A stretch of 64,000 bases of DNA from an uncultured Roseivirgaceae bacterium (GTDB lineage Bacteria; Bacteroidota; Bacteroidia; Cytophagales; Cyclobacteriaceae), in contig CAYMFU010000019.1 in assembly GCA_964389805.1 (NCBI GenBank), forward strand, positions 5,679-69,678, written 5' to 3'. The notes beneath the pieces were generated by a model. It saw nothing but the letters and a program-made list of their open reading frames with translations. It ran no database searches and was not told the origin of the DNA. The position numbers and the translations under genes were made by a program. This document shows positions 58,027 to 64,000 of the stretch, in pieces. Position 1 is the first letter of the stretch, and each line of letters starts with the position of its first letter.

Positions 58027-59079
58027 TTGAAAAATACAATTAACATATCTTTCTTTGTCGTCTCACTGATCATTTTATTCAGTTCCCTGATCCCGCCAGA
58101 TTATTTCTGGATGGCAGGTTTTCTTGCCTATGGAATACCGGTCATCTTATTTGCTAACCTGGCTCTGGCTATCTGGAAAGTTTATAAAAAAAGAAGAAGT
58201 GCCTTATACCCTCTTGTAATACTGGTTTTGGGATATGGTTTTATCCGAGACACCTTTAGAATTCATAGTTCGGATTCCAGCGGAGATCTGAAGGTGATCA
58301 CCCACAATACAAGGGTTTTTAATGTATATTTTAATAATGGAAAAGATACTTCTTCTGTTAGGAAGATGATCGATTGGATAAATAATGAAGAAGCTGATGT
58401 GGTTTGTTTCCAGGAGTTTTATAATGATCCGGGTTCTTCAAATTTCAACACTTTAAAAAAGATCAGGGATTACAATACGTATTATTATTTTCATAGCCCA
58501 AAAGTGGTCAACAAAATAGGAGCAGAATTTGGGGACATAATATTCAGTAAATATCCAATAGTAAAGAAAGGGGAAATCAGTTTTGGAAAGAATACAATGA
58601 ACAAGGTCATTTATGCTGATATAAAGGTAAAGTCCGACACCATCAGGATCTATAATATGCATCTTCAGTCTATGCATATCCGGGAAGATGAATTGATCAA
58701 TGCAGATGATTTGCAGACTGGGTTCAGGCATCTGGTTTCTAATCTTAAAAATGGTTTTATGCAACGGGCAGGACAAATAAGAATTCTGAAGGAAGAACTC
58801 AAATCCTGTCCGCATCCCGTAATTCTTTGTGGGGATTTGAATGATCTTCCATACAGTTATGCATACCGGCAATTAAATCATGAATTAAATAATGGTTTTA
58901 CTAAGGCTGGAAGCGGATTTGGTTTCACATTTAATGGTAAATTATTCTTTCTGAGGATTGACAATCAATTTTTCAGTGATGAATTAAAAATCCACTCGTA
59001 TAAAACCCATCGTGATATGAAAAGTTCTGACCATTTCCCCGTTTCGGCTACCTACTCGATTCAAAAACTATCAGATTAA
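58027..59079 (+). CDS. endonuclease/exonuclease/phosphatase (EEP) family protein with N-terminal TM helices
   Basis: Three N-terminal hydrophobic segments, then VVCFQEF, IYNMHLQS, LCGDLND and SDHFPV EEP motifs. TTG start as given in the ORF track. Confidence 0.8.
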   Translation: MKNTINISFFVVSLIILFSSLIPPDYFWMAGFLAYGIPVILFANLALAIWKVYKKRRSALYPLVILVLGYGFIRDTFRIHSSDSSGDLKVITHNTRVFNVYFNNGKDTSSVRKMIDWINNEEADVVCFQEFYNDPGSSNFNTLKKIRDYNTYYYFHSPKVVNKIGAEFGDIIFSKYPIVKKGEISFGKNTMNKVIYADIKVKSDTIRIYNMHLQSMHIREDELINADDLQTGFRHLVSNLKNGFMQRAGQIRILKEELKSCPHPVILCGDLNDLPYSYAYRQLNHELNNGFTKAGSGFGFTFNGKLFFLRIDNQFFSDELKIHSYKTHRDMKSSDHFPVSATYSIQKLSD

Positions 59080-59134
59080 TTTATAGAATCCCTGAACTTA
59101 TAATCCAGATAAGTAATTTTGCTGAATATTATAT

Positions 59135-60172
59135 ATGACCGTTAAAAAAGATATACGTGAACTTAGCGACGCAGAAATTGCTGAAGCTGTTGAATTGATA
59201 GGTGAAAAACCTTACCGGGTAAAACAGATAAGTCATTGGATATGGGCCAGGTCAGTTACAGATTTTAATGAAATGACCAGCCTTTCTAAATCTTTGAGGG
59301 ATAAATTAATCAAAAAATTTGAATTCAGGCCTGTTCAAATAGATCTTGAACAAAAGAGTTCCGACTCCACGATAAAGGTGGCGTTCAAATTGTATGATGG
59401 CAATATTGTCGAAGGCGTACTGATCCCCTCAGACGACAGGATGACAGCTTGCATATCATCACAGGTCGGATGTTCCTTGTCTTGTAAATTTTGTGCGACG
59501 GGATATCTTGAAAGGCAGCGAAACCTCTCACCGGGTGAAATTTATGATCAGGTTCTCTATATACGAAAACTCGCAATGGATCACTTTAATACTCCATTGA
59601 CCAATATAGTATTTATGGGAATGGGAGAGCCCCTGTTGAATTATAGAAATGTTATGATGGGCATTGAACGGATTACCTCTCCTGATGGTCTTGCAATGTC
59701 TTCAAAAAGAATAACCCTTTCTACCGCCGGCATAGCGAAACTGATCAAAAAACTGGGAGATGATGGGGTAAAATTCAAGCTTGCTTTATCATTGCATGCC
59801 GCCAATGACGATAAACGGAATAAGATCATGCCTATTAATGAATCCAATTCGTTAAAGGTTCTCCTGGAGGCATTAAATTATTATTACAGTAAAACCAAGT
59901 CGATGATCACACTTGAATATATCGTATTCAAGGATTTTAATGACACCATTGAAGATGCCCGGGAACTTCTTGCTTTTATCAAAAAAATTCCCGCCAAGGT
60001 AAACATCATTGAATACAATCCCATTGAGATGGCCTCATTTACAAATACGGATGAAGATCGACTGGAATCTATAAGAGTTTATCTTGAGCAAAACAGAGTA
60101 AATGTAAGGTTAAGAAGAAGTAGGGGTAAGGATATTGATGCAGCCTGCGGGCAGTTGGCCAATAAGCGGTAA
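59135..60172 (+). CDS. rlmN: 23S rRNA (adenine2503-C2)-methyltransferase, radical SAM
   Basis: YRVKQISHWIW, CISSQVGCSLSCKFCATG, MGMGEPL and DIDAACGQL motifs. Confidence 0.95.
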   Translation: MTVKKDIRELSDAEIAEAVELIGEKPYRVKQISHWIWARSVTDFNEMTSLSKSLRDKLIKKFEFRPVQIDLEQKSSDSTIKVAFKLYDGNIVEGVLIPSDDRMTACISSQVGCSLSCKFCATGYLERQRNLSPGEIYDQVLYIRKLAMDHFNTPLTNIVFMGMGEPLLNYRNVMMGIERITSPDGLAMSSKRITLSTAGIAKLIKKLGDDGVKFKLALSLHAANDDKRNKIMPINESNSLKVLLEALNYYYSKTKSMITLEYIVFKDFNDTIEDARELLAFIKKIPAKVNIIEYNPIEMASFTNTDEDRLESIRVYLEQNRVNVRLRRSRGKDIDAACGQLANKR

Positions 60173-60242
60173 ATATATAAGATCGATTTATCGAAAATCA
60201 GGATCTGATCTGGAGCTAAAGCGGTCAAATTTTGACAGCACT

Positions 60243-61154
60243 TTATTTTTTACTGGCATTAAATAATTTCTGTTTCTCCTCTTTAGTCAAACTTTCATAT
60301 CCTCCATCAGAAATTTTGTCAAGAATGGCATCTATTTCATCCTGGTTCACGTTCTTTCCCTGTTTAGCCTGAGTCCGGCCTTTTCCACTTTTATTTGAGT
60401 CGGAACTTTTGTATGATACCTTGATCTTAGGTTTTCTTACAAACAGACTTTTGATAAAATTGATGACACTAATTATGGGTTGACCGAAATCATTCCCTTT
60501 TTTAAGTTGTTGTACATAAAGAAATCCGATAAGTGCGCCCCCAAGATGCGATAACTCCCCACCGGCATTTGAGCCATCAATATTAAAAAAAGACAAAAGC
60601 ACGTAGAAAATGGCGATATATTTGATTTTAATTGGGCCTAGGAATAAAAGGAAAAAAGTATAATTTGGCATAAAGGTGGCTGCGCCGACAACCACGGCAA
60701 ATACACCCGCCGATGCACCCATAAGGATTGACAGGTGAACCCTGTCACTATAAAAAGGGACCAGGTTATATATGAGTATAAAAAGAAATCCTCCGATCAA
60801 TCCCCCAAGAACATATAAGTTGATCAGTTTATTATTCCCTAGAAATTCATAAATAATTTTTCCGAACCAAAAGAAGAACAACATATTAAACAATACATGA
60901 AAAAAGCTTTCATGAGTGAAAAAATAGGTAAGGATGGTCCAGGGCTTAATCAGGAATGTTGATATGTCCGAAGGGAGTGCAAGCTGGTTAATAATCCAGG
61001 CGTAAGCCTCCGCACTACCGGAAATGGAACTGAATACTCTGATCACATTAATCAATACAAATACAATAGCATTTATTAAAATGATCTGGATAAGTCCATT
61101 ATCTGGCTTTTTCCAGGCAATTTTGAATTCATCTAAAAAACTTTGTCTCTGCAT
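60243..61154 (-). CDS. rhomboid-family intramembrane serine protease with hydrophilic C-terminal tail
   Basis: FTHESFFHVLFNM, GASAGVFA (catalytic Ser) and SHLGGALIG (catalytic His). Start moved to MQRQSFLDEF at 61154, 5 nt after the upstream stop. Confidence 0.85.
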   Translation of the reverse strand: MQRQSFLDEFKIAWKKPDNGLIQIILINAIVFVLINVIRVFSSISGSAEAYAWIINQLALPSDISTFLIKPWTILTYFFTHESFFHVLFNMLFFFWFGKIIYEFLGNNKLINLYVLGGLIGGFLFILIYNLVPFYSDRVHLSILMGASAGVFAVVVGAATFMPNYTFFLLFLGPIKIKYIAIFYVLLSFFNIDGSNAGGELSHLGGALIGFLYVQQLKKGNDFGQPIISVINFIKSLFVRKPKIKVSYKSSDSNKSGKGRTQAKQGKNVNQDEIDAILDKISDGGYESLTKEEKQKLFNASKK

Positions 61155-61158
61155 AGGT

Positions 61159-61941
61159 TTAATGATATCCTTTTTTCGACCAAAGCCTAACAAGTATGAA
61201 CGCAAACAACATGCCTCCTAGATGTGCATAATGGGCTACATTATCACCTGGGGCCTGTTGTATTACAGAATACAATTCGTAGGCGCCATATAATAAAACG
61301 AAATATTTCGCTTTTATTGGAATCGGTGGGATCAATAACATTAAAGTAGTATTTGGAAACAACATTCCAAATGCCATTAAGATGCCAAAGATAGCTCCAG
61401 ATGCACCAACCATAGGAATATTGGCCTTTTGCTCATAGATCGTTTCTACAATATAGCTGCTCTCTTCCTCCAACTGTGGGTTATCAGGATTTGCTGCATA
61501 TTGTTCGATCATTCTTTCAAGGTCATTGTTCAGATACCAATGATTGATGATGAACTGATTAAATTTTTCAGGATTAGGATCAACCTGATAAGACATTGCA
61601 TCATTCTGAACTTTGCGTATTTCAAAATAATTAATACCTGAATAAAGTACTCCAGCACCTAATCCGGTCACGAGGTAAAATATTAGAAAACGCTGGGCAC
61701 CCCAAGTTCGTTCAAGCCAGGGCCCAAAAATAAATAAGGCCAGCATATTCCCGAAAATATGACCAAATCCTGCATGAATAAACATGTAAGTAAAAAACTG
61801 GTATGGACGAAAAGTCTCGGCGTGAATATATCTTAGACCACCGATGCCTATAAGATCTATATTAAAAAAACCCTGTACTAAAGCTAAAACAATATTTAAC
61901 AGCAACAGGTTTTTTACAACAGGTGTTAAATTTCCAAACAT
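61159..61941 (-). CDS. rhomboid-family intramembrane serine protease
   Basis: FIHAGFGHIFGNM, GASGAIFG and AHLGGMLFA. The start ATG overlaps the mutL TAA (TAATG). Confidence 0.88.
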   Translation of the reverse strand: MFGNLTPVVKNLLLLNIVLALVQGFFNIDLIGIGGLRYIHAETFRPYQFFTYMFIHAGFGHIFGNMLALFIFGPWLERTWGAQRFLIFYLVTGLGAGVLYSGINYFEIRKVQNDAMSYQVDPNPEKFNQFIINHWYLNNDLERMIEQYAANPDNPQLEEESSYIVETIYEQKANIPMVGASGAIFGILMAFGMLFPNTTLMLLIPPIPIKAKYFVLLYGAYELYSVIQQAPGDNVAHYAHLGGMLFAFILVRLWSKKGYH

Positions 61942-63773
61942 TAATATCTATTCTTAAAATATCCTTCTAATTGATCCAATTCCAATATAATATACGTGGA
62001 TTCACCATAAGGTGAATAATTCGGATTTTTACATCCGAATAAGCGGTCGATAAGAGACCTGCCTTCTTCGTCATTCAATACTTTACCTTCTTTCAGGGAA
62101 GTATATCTGGCAATAGACATGGCCAAATTCTCAAAGGTGCTAATTTCAAGTTTCTTTTTATTGAACTTAAACTGTTCAATTAAACCTTCAAAAACTTCCT
62201 TCTCATTAATATCAGACAACCCGGAAGGTATCCCGTTAATTACAATGGAATTTTTTCCAAATATATTAAAATCAAATCCCAATCTGATAATTTCTTCTTC
62301 TATATCCATAATAAGGGCGTAATCACTTGGGTTAAGTTCCATCGAAATAGGGAATAACAGTTTTTGAGTAGTCCCTGAGTTCGCATTCAGATTGTTCATG
62401 TAATTTTCAAAAATGATCCTTTGATGGGCATAAACCTGGTTTATGATCATGACACCCGATTTTACCGGGGAGATTATATACTTCCCATGAACCTGGAAAG
62501 TGTGAGGATATAGATCTTCTTTTTGAATAGAAGAACGATCATTATCCGTTTGATCAAAATGAAAATCACTTTCAATAATATATTGATCTTCAGGACTGAC
62601 CTGTTCCTGGTTATCGGCCTTTTCATACAGTGTTTCCCAGTTCGATAAATTTGATTTATCCCTGGGATCCACTCTAAAACGTTCATAATTAAGGTCCTGA
62701 CTTGTTTTTATGGAATTGTCACCACCAAATTTGGCGCTCAGGTCAAGATTGATGTCCATATCATAGTCAAGACTGGGCATGATATTGTGTTGCCCCAACG
62801 ATTGACGTACAGCAGACATGATGATTCCATATACTGTTCTTTCATCGATAAACTTGATTTCGGTTTTGGTTGGATGGACATTTACATCTATATGATTGGG
62901 ATCAATTTCAAGAAAAAGCACAAAAAAAGGATAATAATCTTTGTTTAACAGGTTCTCATAGCCAGTCTGCACTGCATGATTCAAATAATTGCTTTTAATA
63001 AACCGGTTATTGACGAATATATACTGTTCCCCCCGGGTTTTTTTGGCATACTCCGGCTTACCAATATATCCTTTCATATTAAAATGAGGCGTCTCCTCGT
63101 CTATAGCCACCAACTGTGACTGATAATTTTTTCCATAAAGATTAACGATCCGTTTAACCAGCTTACCCGCAGGAAGGCTGTAGACTTCCATGTCGTTTTG
63201 AAATAAATAATATGAAATTTCCGGATAACTCATGGCCGCTCTTTGAAATTCCTCAATGATATGACGCATTTCAACAGAATTCGATTTCAAAAAATTTCGA
63301 CGAGCCGGTACATTATAAAATAAATTTTTTACTTCCAGAGAAGTTCCCTCAATCGTTGCGGCAGGTTCACTATCGATAACTTTTGATCCTTCGATACTAA
63401 TCAATGTTCCTAATTCATCTCCCTTTATTTTCGTTTTCAGTTGCACCTGCGCTACTGCGGCAATCGAGGCTAAAGCTTCGCCCCTGAATCCCATGGTTTT
63501 TATCCGGAAAAGATCTTCGCTGGTTTTTATTTTCGAGGTAGCGTGTCTCTCAAAGCACATACGTGCATCAGTCACACTCATCCCTTTGCCATCATCTATC
63601 ACCTGGATCAGGCTTTTCCCAGCATCCTTAACAATGACCCGTATGTTTGAAGCACCGGCATCAATTGCATTTTCTATAAGTTCCTTTACTACCGAGGCGG
63701 GTCTTTGGACTACTTCACCCGCAGCAATCTGGTTAGCTATTGATTCCGGTAGTAAATGAATGATATCTGGCAT
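61941..63773 (-). CDS. mutL: DNA mismatch repair protein MutL
   Basis: IHLLPESIANQIAAGEVVQRPASVVKELIENAIDAG and GFRGEALASI (GHKL ATPase). Start placed at the ATG at 63773. Confidence 0.95.
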   Translation of the reverse strand: MPDIIHLLPESIANQIAAGEVVQRPASVVKELIENAIDAGASNIRVIVKDAGKSLIQVIDDGKGMSVTDARMCFERHATSKIKTSEDLFRIKTMGFRGEALASIAAVAQVQLKTKIKGDELGTLISIEGSKVIDSEPAATIEGTSLEVKNLFYNVPARRNFLKSNSVEMRHIIEEFQRAAMSYPEISYYLFQNDMEVYSLPAGKLVKRIVNLYGKNYQSQLVAIDEETPHFNMKGYIGKPEYAKKTRGEQYIFVNNRFIKSNYLNHAVQTGYENLLNKDYYPFFVLFLEIDPNHIDVNVHPTKTEIKFIDERTVYGIIMSAVRQSLGQHNIMPSLDYDMDINLDLSAKFGGDNSIKTSQDLNYERFRVDPRDKSNLSNWETLYEKADNQEQVSPEDQYIIESDFHFDQTDNDRSSIQKEDLYPHTFQVHGKYIISPVKSGVMIINQVYAHQRIIFENYMNNLNANSGTTQKLLFPISMELNPSDYALIMDIEEEIIRLGFDFNIFGKNSIVINGIPSGLSDINEKEVFEGLIEQFKFNKKKLEISTFENLAMSIARYTSLKEGKVLNDEEGRSLIDRLFGCKNPNYSPYGESTYIILELDQLEGYFKNRY

Positions 63774-63779
63774 AAACAA

Positions 63780-64000
63780 TTATGATCTATTTCTACGCTT
63801 CATCCAAATATATAACGGAATGAGTATTAAGAAGAGATAGAATACCTGGTTACCGAAATAAATATACCCAAAGAATATAATTACAAGAGAAATGATTAAT
63901 ATAAACTGTAATATGCCGGATGTTTTTTCAGTTCTTGCCCTTCTTCTGAACGCACTTGATATATGTTCTCTAAAGTACTCATCAGAATCACCAATTTCCT
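63780..64000 (-). CDS. hypothetical membrane protein, C-terminal 72 codons only; gene runs off the window
   Basis: The frame is open from the window edge to the TAA at 63780-63782. It reads ...FRRRARTEKTSGILQFILIISLVIIFFGYIYFGNQVFYLFLILIPLYIWMKRRNRS, giving two hydrophobic helices. Absent from the ORF track because no start lies in the window. Confidence 0.4.
   Translation of the reverse strand, partial: EIGDSDEYFREHISSAFRRRARTEKTSGILQFILIISLVIIFFGYIYFGNQVFYLFLILIPLYIWMKRRNRS

Noticed and set aside
1-64000. Search for rRNA, tRNA, CRISPR arrays, IS elements, integrases and phage or defence genes
   Set aside because: No cloverleaf-like intergenic segment, no regularly spaced repeats, and no transposase, integrase or recombinase-like ORF seen by eye. 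Intergenic regions are short. A tRNAscan/Infernal/CRISPR-finder run would be needed to be certain.

Overview
AT-rich, densely coding chromosomal segment that looks like Bacteroidota. The pointers are a T9SS type-A C-terminal sorting domain, DUF3127, a BatD-like gene, a mutL-rhomboid-rhomboid arrangement and frequent lipoprotein signals. I call about 57 CDS, two of them truncated at the window edges.

I recognise no rRNA, tRNA, CRISPR array, transposase, integrase or phage genes. I do not see a clear-cut novel multi-gene system such as a defence or toxin locus.

Layout:
- 0-7.5 kb: housekeeping genes (S41 tail-specific protease, mgsA, M14 carboxypeptidase, LOG, TauE, DUF3127).
- 7.5-20.2 kb: an accessory glycan-degradation cluster with no SusC/SusD. 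It holds a GH5-like enzyme, a URO-D-fold protein, GH38, a DUF5009/HGSNAT-like acetyltransferase, a GH18 and a T9SS-secreted CotH/LTD protein.
- 20.5-33.3 kb: further sugar-related genes (AKR, TAT-exported Gfo/Idh/MocA, GH2, DUF1080, GH20) mixed with rluD, two thioredoxin-fold proteins and a TIGR00725 LOG-like gene.
- 33.3-38 kb: nifU-like, DAACS symporter, aroC, BatD-like.
- 38.2-44.8 kb: SIMPL gene plus an MFP-RND-TolC efflux operon.
- 44.8-64 kb: recO, tdk, then a long minus-strand array (proC, phosphoesterase, macro domain, UbiA prenyltransferase, purN, purH, mreBCD, mrdA, rodA), then an EEP protein, rlmN, two rhomboids and mutL.

Most notable observations:
1. A frameshifted relic of the recO 3' half forms a diverged direct repeat with the intact recO. 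The two copies bracket the efflux/SIMPL block.
2. A perfect A_AAA_AAA slippery heptamer lies at the GH38 stop codon, and the URO-D-like ORF is open in the -1 frame.
3. A DUF3127 protein ends in an SSB-like acidic ...DELPF tip.

All functional calls rest on motifs recognised by eye. No database search was possible.
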